Source: Phallusia mammillata (lineage: Eukaryota). From it: a stretch of 64,000 nucleotides of DNA. Location of the stretch: assembly GCA_965637545.1 (NCBI GenBank), contig OZ281497.1, positions 28,644,001 through 28,708,000 on the forward strand, written 5' to 3'. Position 1 is the stretch's first letter. Every line of letters begins with the position of its first letter. Below are positions 11,649 through 25,334 of the stretch, piece after piece. A model generated the notes under the pieces. The model was not told the origin of the DNA and did no database searches. It saw only the letters and a program-made list of their open reading frames with translations. A program made the position numbers and the translations under genes.

Positions 11649-12627
11649 ATGGCGATGTTAGATTTATTATTTACGTTGCGCTCATCTGTTTTGCTGTAGC
11701 AAAACTTTAATGGATTTCAAAATTTTATTATAATGACTCCACTCAATTCATATGCTGCAGCATTTTGCGTGGAATGCTAATGTAGCCAACGTTAAACCGA
11801 ATATTTACGGTTTAAATACCGGACAGGTGTTTTGATCAATAAAGAACGTCAAGCTGTCCAGGAGTTGCAAGTCCTGTTGGATGCGTGTAAAAGGTGGAGC
11901 AACGAGAAACAGGTATTTATAAGGAGGCAATGGCGATACAAGAAAAAGACAATAGGATGTGTCGATTCGCATGAATGAACACGGGGTGAGGTCGCTACAT
12001 TCTTGTATAAGTCAGTTAATGGAAAATGTCTAGTTTCAATAAAATATTGTCGATTTGAGCAAAATTGTAACAAAATTGTTTTGTTCATTGTATATTGTAG
12101 CAAGGACGGTAATCAGAGCAAGCAATAACAAGGTGTCATCCACTATCAACACAAAAATCAAACAAACTGCCATTTTAGCTATAACCACTCCAGCTAACAC
12201 CTGTATATCAATTGAAATCACAGGCAAACCGCCATTCACCACCACAACAACAATAACCACACCGGTCACCAAAAGCAACCACACCAACTTCCACAAACTA
12301 AACCGACGACCAGCACCAAATCAATCATCCCATTCTACGCCGTTAAAGCAACATCTACCACCCATGCAACACCACACACTAAGGGTACTAATGCAGTAAC
12401 CCGAAACTTCCCACTGTTTCTCATCATTTGAACCACGCAGTCGGAACCAGCAAACCATTTCCTGCAACCAACACATCACAAATACACAAAAAACATTAAC
12501 TTTTCAAAGTGTTGAAGCACACAACAACCCAACAATCAACCGACGTCAATAACTCCTAGCTGATGACGACAATACCTATTGCGTCAGCCAAGATCGACGT
12601 CCTGATTACATGACATTTGATCCATAA
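11649..12627 (+). pseudogene. U5: decayed copy (broken exon 1, stalk, end of class B tail; no CTLD exon 2 or TM)
   Basis: 11649-11826 is exon 1 with deletions, ~12101-12480 is a Thr-rich stalk with degenerate donor, ~12520-12627 is DDDNTYCVSQDRRPDYMTFDP*. Confidence 0.7.
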
Positions 12628-13356
12628 TAACAATTATACTCGTGTTTAACAATGTTTAAATTAGGTGCGACCAGTTTGTTGGTTAGTTTGTTTCTGTACA
12701 ACTTTTCTGTGCCGTGTTTTAAACATTCTTGTTTATTAATCAATCGACATCGACCGTTTCATTGTAATCTTAGCCGGCCTGCAAGAGTTTGTTTCCCGCT
12801 GTTGAAAGCAGTTTAACCGCTTGCAATTGATTAAAAACCTGGCTTCGTTTCACAGTTGTTTTATTGTCGAATTTGTATTATTACAGCTAACACTTGAAAC
12901 GTGTCACAAAATACATCAAAATAAAACATCATGTAAATGAAAACGCATCTGTGTTCATAGTTTAAGCGTTTTCTAGATAAACAGGAACATGTGACATTGC
13001 ATAGGAGTTACGTGTTATTTAATGTAATCCAGTGGTTGAGAAGTGAAGTTGATGGCTGTTGTGCAGGTGTCATAATGTATCCGCTATGGCATTACAAACT
13101 TAAATTGAATAGGTTTTTGTGATCAACCGTGTCAGTAGTTTTACTGTAGTAACAGCCGCCAAATGTTCCTCTCACAGTGCAATGTTTAGTAAGTCGAGCG
13201 TTTAACAAGCTTTGAAGTCATTTTATTAGTAAAGTATGAGACACGTTGGGTTTATTTTAGTTGGTAACAAAACGCCAAAATTACAATCGTACGTAATCAC
13301 AAATTAAGTTAAGCTCCGTGTTGGACAGGTGAAGATCGCGTGTTGTTTGTTTAAGT

Positions 13357-13701
13357 CAGGTGTGTGCAACCTGCGACCCGCGGGTCCAATGCAGCCTATT
13401 AACTAAAGGTTGTGAGGTCCGCAGATACGCTTGAATTTCAAATGTACCGGCAAACAAGTCCAACCATTATGTATTTTATTATGCACCCAGTGCTATTTTC
13501 TTTATTAGCAGATCAGTTTTATTTTTCTGAACCCTAAAAAGAATGCACCTAGAATCACATGCGAATTTTATTTGCTAACTTAATATAGGCATATATTTGG
13601 GTTGAAACAACGTAAAATCACCGTGTGTTTTTCACACGTGCGTCCCGCGATTTAATTATGGTAATTGTATTGTGTCCACAGTGACAAAGGTCGCACCCCC
13701 G
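13357..13701. mobile_element. hAT-type MITE (copy 1)
   Basis: Begins CAGGTGTGTGCAACCT, ends AGGTCGCACCCCCG (imperfect TIRs); flanks gtttaagt / gttttaag approximate an 8-bp TSD; non-coding interior. Confidence 0.55.
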
Positions 13702-14292
13702 GTTTTAAGTAGTCAGAGCTAAACACTCTGTAAGCAATCAGATTGTTTTCGGTAAAAACAAATAAAGTGTACAGCTGTAATTCTTCACATATGTATATAT
13801 GTATTATGTTTGTTCATGGGTCAAGCGCGCCGGGCCAAACAGCCAACTGTCCCGTAATGTGTAAAAACTCGGTGGATTATTTTTTCGAAAGTCTTGCGCC
13901 CCCAACGGTCAAGGATTTCAATGACATGGGGTCACAAGTGTAAAAATGTCATAAATCTATTCTGAAATATGTTTTTTTATTTTATGCATTGTTTTTGCAA
14001 ACGTCTCTCGTTTGAACAAACAAAAAAAATGACATTTCACAAAACCTAAACTTTAAATCTTGCGATTAAGAATTGAGCTGCAATCTCTATAAAAACAGAT
14101 TAAAGCAAATAATATTGGTTAAATGTGACAAATTTAACAGGTATTTTTCAGAAGATCAACCAGCTTGCAAACGTTCGTTTTCCGCCGTTTAAAGTCGGAG
14201 TCTCAGGACCGCTTATCTTACTATTGGTCAAAGGCCTGGCTAGCTTTATACCGCTTTGTAGGATTACTTTATTACTTCAGTTTATCTGTTGG

Positions 14293-14850
14293 ATATTGCG
14301 TGACTTCGGCATAGCGGTTGGCGTCCAACCTGCCAATGCTCTCCGCAAGCTACTGAGTCACCCCAAAAGATCCCAGCAATATCTTTTAAATATCAAACAA
14401 CAAAGTGTTGATATTCTTTTCCTTGCACCGAATGTCCGGTAATATATATCGGGGGACTGGAAGGTCGCTCAACCCTCGCCAAATAGAACATGAACGAGAT
14501 GTCGCCAACAGCGAGACAACCATATTGATTTCAAGGCAGCCATAATGATTTCATTGGGGCGTCTGTTGTGGCCCGGGAGCCTGACTACATGAAACGTTTA
14601 TTTCCCGATTCATGGAAAATTCAGCAACGGGGCAACACAATGAACATCAAAACAGACGCAATGGTCTAAGCGTTTGTTATCGCACAGTGTTTTTGTTGCG
14701 TTGTGACGTAGTGTTTCGTTGTCTTTAGTTTAATTCTCTTTTCCTTTGTTGATCGTGCACTGCACTACTCGCATTCATTATTTATCCTGATGAACACCCT
14801 GTATAGAACGTCGAAACGTCGGTATAAAAATACAATTGCCAGTAGAGCTA
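14293..14850 (+). mobile_element. Decayed Penelope-like element 3' fragment
   Basis: LRDFGIAVGVQPANALRKLLSHPK matches the PLE ORF at 33134-33664, followed by frameshifted GIY-YIG remnants and a CTGATGA..GAAACGTC end. Confidence 0.8.
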
Positions 14851-15289
14851 TAAAAATATAAGATGAACAACCACATCTAGTGAAACTTGCTAGATCAATG
14901 CTTGAATAAGAGGAAGCGAAAGTTTTCTTTGCCGAATCTTTAAAAACGATTCATAATGTGATTCCACACCACTTAAATACATAGTGTCTACACTGCACAC
15001 TAACAAAATAGACAAACTCACTTGTTGCAACAAGTTTGTGATAATTCGGTTTATTCTTGACGTCATGGTCATTCTACAGACCGAAGGCACAAGTCACGTG
15101 ATTCAGTTTTTGTGCAGTTTTATAAAAGCACATTTTGACATCCACAGTCATGATTGCAAACAAATTTGTGTATTTAAGTAAATCATTGTAAATTAATGAC
15201 CCATTATGATAGGTCTTCAATAGAAACTTAATGCTATAAATAAACTGCACCCATCTTTAATCAAATTAAAAAGGATTGTCGTTTATTCA

Positions 15290-15305
15290 TGACAAAGAAC
15301 GAAAG
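15290..15305 (+). promoter_or_regulatory. Conserved 16-nt upstream motif TGACAARKARCRAAAG
   Basis: Also at 1545-1560, 3338-3353, 21259-21274 and 40682-40697, i.e. 348-454 nt upstream of five ATGs, including copies whose flanks are otherwise diverged. Confidence 0.45.
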
Positions 15306-15637
15306 TGCAGCACGGCATCTTCACAAAGCTTCCGCATTATAGTTTATGTGTTTAGGGAACCAAGTCAGTTATTCGTTTGTGCTTGTTGTTGTGAAGGAAA
15401 GTTTGATTGCGTTTTGCAGGTAGTTTGTGGTTAGCATGTAAACATGTAATTTACATTTGCGGGTCAATTTTCGTAGCGCTTTTAACATTCAACGATATAT
15501 GTATTCTTACATGATTTGCATTAACTGCTGATTATTTTTCTTGTCTATGTGTTACTTTCTCGTTTTTTCATAACGGCCCTCAAAACACTTAAACCAAACT
15601 GTGTCTTAATATTTTTGCATGCTTTTGCAGAATAAAC

Positions 15638-18581
15638 ATGGCGTTGTTAGTTTTGTTGTTTATGTTGTGTTTGTCAATTTCTGCTGAAGGAACTACTTGG
15701 CATAACGTCAATGGATCTCAATATTCCATCGAAATGACTCCAGTCACTTCATATGCTGAAGCAGAGTACTATTGTTCAGTGTTGCAAGCTAATGTAGCTA
15801 ATGTTAAAAACAACGAAACCTTTGAATACTTAAAGTCATTCATAAACCTGACAGGTATTAATTGTCCAGTTTTGTTATGTTTTAACGACAAATTTGGCAT
15901 TTTAAATTTTGCAAAAGGATTATAGTACGCATTGTGCAACTATATAGCGCATACATTAGGCATGATGTTTTATCATAAGAAATAACGTCTTTAAACAATG
16001 ACAAAATAAACTCGACTTCTATCGTCACAAAAATGGCAGTACTAATTCTTGTCAATGAATTATTATTTGGAAGACACTCTGTTGTAAATTAAGCGACTGT
16101 CTGGTTTAGATGAGCCCTTCTCGTTTTACATTGGTGCTAAAAGTGTCGGAAACACAACCAAGTTTCAATGGAATGATGGAAGCGATGTTTCTGTTCCAAA
16201 ATCTATGTGGTACCCTGGACAACCAGATAACAATAGAAGTGATAATTGCGTCACAATGGGTTATTACATTCGCCCTGTTGATCGCGTGTTATACCGATGG
16301 CATGACGTGCGATGCACATTACACGATGCAAGATACATTTGTGAGAAAAATATGACAGGTTGGAAATGCTATTGAGGTCTTTGGTGTCAAACAAAAGTTA
16401 TTGTAAACTCATAAATTGCATTATATCATTAATCATGTTGTGCAAAGTACAAGTTTAATGTCAGTATTTTAAGGAATGTGTCGTCAATTTGATGTTCTTA
16501 AAACCTTTTTACTTAAAATTTCTGAGAGGACAAAAACAACCCAATCTTCTTATTACAGCCACAACCATACTTTCGTCCACCAAATCAACAGCAACAAGTT
16601 CAACACTATCTACGACAGAACCATCAACAGGTTTCTAACATTTCACCAAACCCGCCATTTTTACCATATTAACATCAACTACTGTTACGGAATTATTTCG
16701 ACAGCTTTGGGAATACGGCTAAAAGACGTTTCAAGTGGCGATGTTAAATCCCAGTCGATCTGTTTATGTCTAATTCTATACATCTTAAACCAAAACTGCC
16801 TCCCTAATTCGGAAACGGCCCGAACCCTGTAATAACGGCTCACCACTAAGCCAAAGAGAGACCACAAACTGGTTTCACTAATGGGCGCCTTGTTTAAATA
16901 AAACGATAAAAAGCATTCGCACAAAACAACTCCGAATTCGACAAGTTCCACTACAAGTCAACGCCAGCAAATACACGACACAAAAGTACACAGTGCTACT
17001 CGTACGGCACCCAGAAGACTGACCATGCTTTCTTCTCAAGCACGTTTTACCACACCAATTACGTTGATTAACATATCACGTGATTCCAAGAGGCACATCC
17101 GGGTATCGCAGAACCAACAAGCGTGAACACGCAACTGGCACATATGAGGCGAACGTATAAAACATAGGAAAAGCATCATGTGTAACAAGAACCATTAAGT
17201 GAAGATACTGTGTGGTGAGAATCATACGCAAAACAATTAAGTGGAGAAATGAGTGGCGAAACATAACAACGATTAGACAAAACAATTAAGTGAATAAATG
17301 AGTGGCGAAACACAGGATAATACACGTTATGTGCATGAAGGTGTGTAATGATCTGAACAAATATAACAAAGTAACGTGAAAGAATAATGAAAATACGTGT
17401 GTGAAGGTAAATTATACAAAAGACGCGTCATAAATAAAACGTGATTAAAATTCGCCACACTACTGTCAAAAGTGCTCAAAAAGAGTTTTTCTACTACGAA
17501 TACAACAAAGGGTAAAAAATAAATAATCTAAATATTTTTGATTGAAAGGAGAATTAATGTTATGTTGGCAAAACGAAATCAAAATTAATTGCTAGCTATA
17601 TGGACGATGGAGTACATGAGTTTTTGTTTCTGATTTTGCAGTTCCAGCAAAGATCAACACAGTCATTATCACTTCAGCAATAGGCGGATGCGTCATATTA
17701 GTCACAATCTACATCGCCATTGTCTTTGTTATGTCACATAAGAAAAGGAGGTAACACATTTGTGTGCAAATGCAATAGGGAATAATGCTGTCACTATTTG
17801 TTTACCTGAATAAAAAATGCATCCAAGCACACAGACGATAATCAGCCTGACTTCTCATTTCTGTTAACTCAAAACTTTGTTACATGCATCTTTACCGTTT
17901 AAACTTGTGGGAAGTAACCCTATGTTCTCGTTCGCAGGAGAAACGAAGCGTCTAATGAAGCAGCAGTGATTTACGACAACGCAGAGGGTAGGAAACATAA
18001 CGCAGTGCCTTATATACTAAATATAACAACTTTTTTGTTTCGAAAACAAGTGACTTGATATGTATACTTTCTAACCAAATTGTTTCTGATTCGTCATTCT
18101 TTCTTACCAGCAAAAAAGTTGATTATTCAAAATCAATGAAATTGACTAAAGATTATGCAATAAATGTGTTAAACAGATGATGGATCTATCTTCTCTCAGC
18201 CGCCAACGTCACAACAGCAACCTGGTGACATCAGTCCTTATTACGTCACCCATCCACAAGGTTCTGATTGCATATTTTAAGTCCTCAATAAGTATTTATA
18301 ATCTGTGTTTCGAAGGTGCGTTTTGATCATCCGTTTTTGTTTGTTTATGTTCATATTATATCGATAAAAGCGAGTTTCTAATCAGATACAAAATGCATAT
18401 TGTTGCAAAGTTGTGTTCGTTTTAATTAGATGGAATTCAACGAAATGTTAAAACACACAACCCACCAACCTATGTCAACAACTCGATACAATCAACCACG
18501 TCACAATCACAAACTGATGACGCCAATCCCTATTGCGTCAGCCAAGATCGACGTCCTGAATACATAACATTTGATCCATAA
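15638..18581 (+). CDS. U6: CTLD (QPD) receptor, hybrid class B tail, stalk exon interrupted by solo LTR
   Basis: Exons 15638-15854, 16110-16358, stalk from 16559 (possible donor after 16630; otherwise TAA then LTR), TM 17642-17750, 17938-17987 (VIYDNA), 18177-18260, 18430-18581 (TYVN..NPY..EYITFDP*). About 310 aa if the short stalk is used. Confidence 0.7.
16683..17459. mobile_element. Solo LTR (777 bp), Ty3/Gypsy-like by 4-bp TSD
   Basis: TGTTACGG...CGCCACA termini; CTAC duplicated at 16679-16682 and 17460-17463; empty site present in sister U7 (catccactactgtcaaaag); AATAAA near the right end. Confidence 0.85.
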
Positions 18582-19310
18582 TAAGAATTTCACTTGTGTT
18601 TAACAATTATTAAATGAAGTGCAACCAAATTATTGGTTAGTTTGTTTCTGTACAACTTGCCGTGTTTTGAACATTCTTGTTTATTAATCAATCGACATCG
18701 ACCGTTGCATTGTAATCTTAGCGGGCCTGCAGGCGTTTGTTTCCCGCTGTTGAAAACAGTTTAACCGCTTGCAATTGATTAAAAACCTGGCTTCGTTTCA
18801 CAGTTGTTTTATTGTCGAATTTGTATTATTACAGCTAACACCTGAAACGTGTCGCAAAATACATCAAAATAAAACATACTGTATACGAAAACACATCTGT
18901 ATTCATAGTTTAAGCGTTTCTAGATAAACAGGACATGTGACATGCATTGCATAGGAGTTACGTGTTATTTAACGCAATCCAGTAACTGGTTGAGTAGTGA
19001 AGTTGATGGCTGTTGTGTAGGTGTCATAATGTATCCGCTATGGCATTACAAACTTAAATTGAATAGTTTATTGTGATTAACCGTGTCAGTAGTTTTACTG
19101 TAGTAACAGCCGCCAAATGTTCCTCTCATAGTGCAAAGTTTAGTAAGTCGAGCGTTTAACAAGCTTTGAAGTCATTTTATTAGTAAAGTATGAGACACGT
19201 TGGGTTTATTTTAGTTGGTAACAAAACGCCAAAATTACAATCGTACGTAATCACAAATTAAGTTAAGCTCCGTGTTGGACAGGTGAAAATCGCTTGTTGT
19301 TTGTTTAAGT

Positions 19311-19654
19311 CAGGGGTGTGCAACCTGCGACCCGCAGGTCCAATGCAGCCTATAAACTAAAGGTTGTGAGGTCCGCAGATACGCTTGAATTTCAAATGTA
19401 CTGGCAAACAAGTCCAACCATTATGTATTTTATCATGCACCCAGTGCTATTTTCTTTATTAGCAGATCAGTTCTATTTTTCTGAACCCTAAAAAGAATGC
19501 GCCTAGAATCACATGCGAATTTTATTTTTGACATAATATAGGCATATATTTGGTTTGAAACAACGTAAAATCACTGTGTGTTTCACAGGTGCGTCCTGCG
19601 ATCTAATTATGGTAATTGTATTGTGCCCACAGTGACAAAGTTTGCACACCCATG
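19311..19654. mobile_element. hAT-type MITE (copy 2, within duplication)
   Basis: CAGGGGTGTGCAAC ... GTTTGCACACCCATG; paralogous to 13357-13701. Confidence 0.55.
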
Positions 19655-20249
19655 GTTTTAAGTTGTCACAGTCAAACACTTCATGAGCAATCAAATTGTT
19701 TTCGGTAGAAAGAAATAAAGTGTACAGCTGTAATTCTTCACATATGTATACATGTATTATGTTTGTTCATGGGTCAGGCGCGCCGAACCAATCGGCCAAG
19801 TTCCTGTCCCGTATTGTGTAAAAACTCGGTGGATTTTTTTTCGAAAGTCTACCGTTGGGGGCGGTCAAGGATTTCAAAAACATGGGGTCACAAGCGTAAA
19901 AATGTCATAAATCTATTCTGAAATGTGTTTATGTTTTTATGCATTGTTTTTGCAAACGTCTCTCGTTTGAACAAACAAAAAAAATTGACATTTCACAAAA
20001 CCTAAGCTTTAATTCTTGCGATTAAGAATTGAGCTGCAATCTCTATACAAACAGATTGAAGCAAATAATATTTGTTAAATGTGACAAATTTATCAGGTGT
20101 TTTTTCAGAAGATCAGCCGGCTTGCAAACGTTCGTTTATCGCCGTTTAAAGCCGGAGTCCCAGGACCGCTTGTCTTAATATTGGTCAAAGGCCTGGCTAG
20201 CTTTATACCGCTTTGTAGGATTACTTTATTACTTCAGTTTATCTGTTGG

Positions 20250-20807
20250 ATATTGCGTGACTTCGACATAGCGGTTGGCGTCCAACCTGCCAATGCTCTC
20301 CGCAAGCTACTGAGTCACCCCAAAAGATCCCAGCAATATCTTTTAAATATCAAACAACAAAGTGTTGATATTCTTTTCCTTGCACCGAATGTCCGGTAAT
20401 ATATATCGGGGGACTGGAAGGTCACTCAACCCTCGCCAAATAAAACATGAACGAGATGTCGCCAACAGCGAGACAACCATATTGATTTCAAGGCAGCCAT
20501 AATGATTTCATTGGGGCGTCTGTTGTGGCCCGGGAGCCTGACTACATGAAAAGTTTATTTCCCGATTCATGGAAAATTCAGCAACGGGGAAACACAATGA
20601 ACATCAAAACAGACGCAATGGTCTAAACATTTGTTATCGCACAGTGTTTTTGTTGCGTTGTGACGTATTGTTTCGTTGTCTTTAGTTTAATTCTCTTTTC
20701 CTTTGTTGATCGTGCACTGCACTACTCGCATTCATTATTTATCCTGATGAACACCCTGTATAGAACGTCGAAACGTCGGTATAAAAATACAATTGCCAGT
20801 AGAGCTA
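20250..20807 (+). mobile_element. Decayed Penelope-like element 3' fragment (duplicate)
   Basis: Near-identical to 14293-14850. Confidence 0.8.
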
Positions 20808-21613
20808 TAAAAATATAAGATGAACAACCACATCTAGTGAAACTTGATCGTCCAATGCTTCAATAAGAGGAAGCGAAAGTTTTCTCTGCCGAATCTTTAA
20901 AAACGATTCATAATGTGACTCCACACCACCTAAATACATAGTGTCTACACTGCACACTAACAAAATAGACAAACTCACTTGTTGCAACAAGTTTGTGATA
21001 ATTCGGTTTATTCTTGACGTCATGGTCATTCTACAGACCGAAGGCACAAGTCACGTGATTTAGTTTTTGTGCAGTTTTATAAAAGCACATTTTGACATTT
21101 AAATCCACATCCACAGTCAGGATTGAAAACAAATTTGTGCATTTAAGTAAATCATTGTAAATTAATGTCCCATTATGATAGGTCTCCAATGGAAACTCAA
21201 TGCTATAAATAAACTGCACCCATCTTTAATCAAATTAAAAAGGATTGTCGTTTATTCGTGACAAAGAACGAAAGTGCAGCACGGCATCTTCACAAAGCTT
21301 CCGCATTATAGTTTCTGTGTTGAGGGAACCAAGTCAGTTATTCGTTTGTGCTTGTTGTTGTGAAGGAAAGTTTGATTGTGTTTTGCAGGTAGTTTGTGGT
21401 TAGCATGTAAACATGTTCGTTATATTTGCGGGTCGACTTTCGTAGCGCTTTTAACATTCAACGATATATGTGTATTCTTATATGGTTTGCATTAACTATG
21501 CTGATTATTTTTCTTGGATTTATGTTACATTCTCATTTCTTTTTCATAACGGCTTTCGAAGCAATTTAACGAAACTTTGTCTTAATATTTTTGCATGCTT
21601 TTGCAGAACAAAC

Positions 21614-23816
21614 ATGGCGTTGTTAGTTTTGCTGTTTATGTTGTGGTCGTCTGTTTCTGCTGAAGGACGAACTTGGCATAACTTTAATGGATTTCAATAT
21701 TCCATCGAAATGACTCCTGTCACTTCATATGCTGAAGCAAAGCAATATTGTTCTGAATTGCATGCTAATGTAGCTAACGTTAAAAACAACGAAACCTTTG
21801 AATACTTGAAGTCATTCATAAACCTGACAGGTATTAATTATCCAGTTTTGTTATGTTTTAACGACAAATTTGGCATTTTAAATTTGCAAAAGGATTATAG
21901 TACGCATTGTGCAAATATATAGCGGATACGTTAGGCATGATGTTTAATCATAAGAAATAACGTCTTTAAACAATGACAAAATAAACCCGACTACTATCGT
22001 CACAAAAATGGCAGTACTAGTTCTTGTCAATGAATTATTATTTGGAAGACACTCTGTTGTAAATTATGCGACTGTCTGGTTTCTAAACTTTAGATGAGCC
22101 CTTCTCGTTTTACATCGGTGCTAAAAGTGTCGGAAACACACATAAGTTTCGATGGAATGATGGAAGCGATGTTTCTGTACCAATATCTATGTGGTTCGAT
22201 CGACAACCAAATGACCATAGAAGTGATAGTTGTGTTACAATGGGTTATTTCAATCGCCCTGTTGATCACGTGTTTTATCGATGGCATGACGTGCGATGCA
22301 CATTACACGATGCAAGATACATTTGTGAGAAAAGTATGACAGGTGGGAAACGTTTTTTGTGGTCTTTTGGTTTAAAAACAACAGTTACTGTAAACTCATC
22401 AATTGCATTATATCATAAGCACATTGCGCAATGTACAAGTTTTATGTGAGGATTGTAGGGAATGTGTCGTTAATTTAATGTTCTTTATACCTTTTTACTA
22501 ACAATTTCTAGGAGGACAAAAACAACCCAATCTTCTTATTACAGCCACAACCATACTTCCGTCCATGAAATCAACAACAAGTTCAACACTATCTACGGCA
22601 GCACCAACAACAGGTTTTAAACATTTCCCCAAAACATCAATTTTACCCATATTAACATCCACTACTGTCAAAAGTGCTGCCAAGAGTTTTTCTACTAGGA
22701 ATACAACAAAGGGTAAAAAATAAATAATCTAAATATTTTTGATTAAAAGGAGAATTAATCTCATGTTGGCAAAACGAAATGAAAACTAATTGCTAGTTAA
22801 ATGGACGATGGAGTACAATAGTTTTTGTTTGTGATTTTGCAGTGCCAGCAAAGATCAACACAGTCATTATTGCTTCAGCAATAGGCGGATGCGTCATATT
22901 AGTCATAATCTGCATCGCCATTGTCTTTATTACGTCACGTAAGAAAAGAAGGTAACAAATAACTGCGCAAATACGGAATAATGCTGCTATTGTTCGTTAA
23001 CCTGAATAAAAAATGTTCAACCATCTAAGCACCAGCGATAATCAGCCTGACTTCTCATTTCTGTTAACTTAAAACTTTGTTACTTGCATCTTTATCATTA
23101 AAACTTGCGGGAAGTAACCCTATGTTTTCGTTCGCAGGAGAAACAAAGCGTCTAATGAAGCAGCAGTGATTTATAACAACGCAGAGGGTGGGAAACATAC
23201 CACAGTTCCTTATAAGTTCCTTATATATACTTGATATAATGACTTTTTTGTTTCGAAAACAAAAGACTTAATATGCACTTTTCTAACGTAGTTGTTTCTG
23301 GTTTGTCATTCTCTTAACAAGTTTGAAACGTCGGTTATTTAATTTAATCAATAACAATTATTGATGATTGTAAAATAAATGTGTTAAACAGATGATAGAT
23401 TTGAACCCGAAGAAACTTACAACATTCCTCAAACTGAAGAAAACAGCTTGGCCAACCATTCAACACAGTCGCCATCACGTCATCAAAACGATGACGTCAA
23501 CCATTATGACGCAATTCAAGAGTCACGTCTGGAAACCGTTGCACAGCCAGTAGCGGGAAGCAGCGATGTCTATGCTCAGATCAGAAATTTGAATCAATTA
23601 ACAAAGGTTCACGACAATGGACAACAATCACACGTTCGAAAATACGATCACAATCAATTGGATGACGTCAATTACGACACTTTGCAACTATCTCAACATG
23701 TGGAAATCCACGATCAATTTGCAAGCGGCAGCAATTCAACTAATATCTATGACAACAGACACGGGGCTAATGACGAATCGGATTCACCTTACGATGAATT
23801 ACGACGTGACAAATAA
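21614..23816 (+). CDS. U7: intact CTLD-mucin-TM receptor with class A tail (~405 aa)
   Basis: Exons 21614-21830, 22094-22342, 22545-22712, 22843-22951, 23138-23187, 23392-23816; all GT-AG and in frame. Tail has TYNIP, HYDAI, VYAQI, KYDH, VNYDTL, IYDN, SPYDEL. Confidence 0.9.
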
Positions 23817-25334
23817 ACTAAACCAACAGAGTTTAGTTAAAATATGTGATAAAGATTATTATGTTCATTTGCAGAAATGAAATCCCATTTATTGTAGAAA
23901 AACGTTGTCGCACTAATTGCCTTGTGTATGTATACAAAAAGGTTTTTAGGTAAGATTGCATTATTGTGGTTAAGATTGTACCATTTTACAAACCCATCTT
24001 TGTCTTTATATTTGTGTATTTATTATGTTTGTTATTTTCACGGGCGTTTGGTCTTCACAAGTCCATGACTGTATCTTAACGTTTATTTTGGTTTTATTGC
24101 AAATAAATAATAACTTAAGGTTGATCTTAAAGAAATCTGTGTTGGTTAACCATGAAAAGTAAGCTGTTTTGCATATTTATTTACATATTGTCAGTCATGC
24201 AACAAACATGTATTTAGTTGTAAATACACATCGTTGGAATTTCTTCAAAGTTTTCGACGACATTGACATTTGTTATTACCCGGCAAAACTGTTATGTCAT
24301 ATCAACACTTGACCACAGAAAGATTAACATCAATTGTTTTACATTGCAAGCGGACATAAAAAAAGACGGACATTAGGGCTATTTAAAAATACAGGTTGGT
24401 TTTGGGTTACTGGCTACTTGCTGTAGCTTGTAGAGACATGTGCAAAAAATGAATAGATTACCTAATTCCCAGAAGACGATTTACTTATTAACAACAATGC
24501 GACATAAGACGCTTTACAACCTTCAAGTCCAAAAGAATGTTCTTTCGTTTTACTCAATAAAATATAATCTACATGCTTTTCTAAGAAACCGCCAACAGAG
24601 TGTATATTGGTACAAAAAAACTGTGTTGTAATGTTGTGTGAAAATATTGTTTGTTGACATAAATTTTAAAATAATTTTTTGCAAAACTACTAGAAATGTG
24701 TCCAAACAGTGTGCACTGTATGAGGCTTACGTTTTATGTATCGGCTCCCATGCTGAAATATATAAAATACTATCAGATAATATGAGATATCGCCCTATCG
24801 CAATTCCCATGTTCTTTCCCTGCGACCAATAGACGCTATAACCATGTGTCTCTAGAATGGATTTGTTTTAAACCCACCACCAAAAAACAAGCGTTTTGTT
24901 TGCATTACATTTAACACAATGCAGTATAGTTATTCACTTCACTGGATTTGCCTTCGCCGAGAAAGTTTTTCATCGAACTGGAGTTCAACCTAATGTTGTA
25001 AACTTTAATATTGCGGCGGTGAAAATATTTAAATTCTATTCAAATGTCAAACCACTTAAGAATGGATTAAACTTTTCTCCTTTACTTGAACGAGTTGATC
25101 GGAAGCCGATAGAAAAAGATTGGCAATTATACTTTGAAAAGTCAGGATATTTCATCACATTGAAGACAGTTGTTAGTTGAAGAATTGTGTTCAATCTGTG
25201 TAGAGGTTAAGGACCGCCAAGCTTTACTGTTTTATTTTTTTTATTGTCGCTGTAGCGATTTACCAAAAAGCGCGTTTCTAATTAAACCAGCACAACTCAT
25301 ATATAAGCTATTGCTGCCAGGCATAATATCAAGT

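Larger units (their letters stand above)
12520..23190 (+). repeat. ~5.95-kb tandem segmental duplication (approx. 12520-17990 vs 18470-23190)
   Basis: Continuous by-eye alignment at offset ~5950-5980 covering spacer, MITE, PLE fragment, upstream region and exons of U6 vs U7. Confidence 0.9.
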
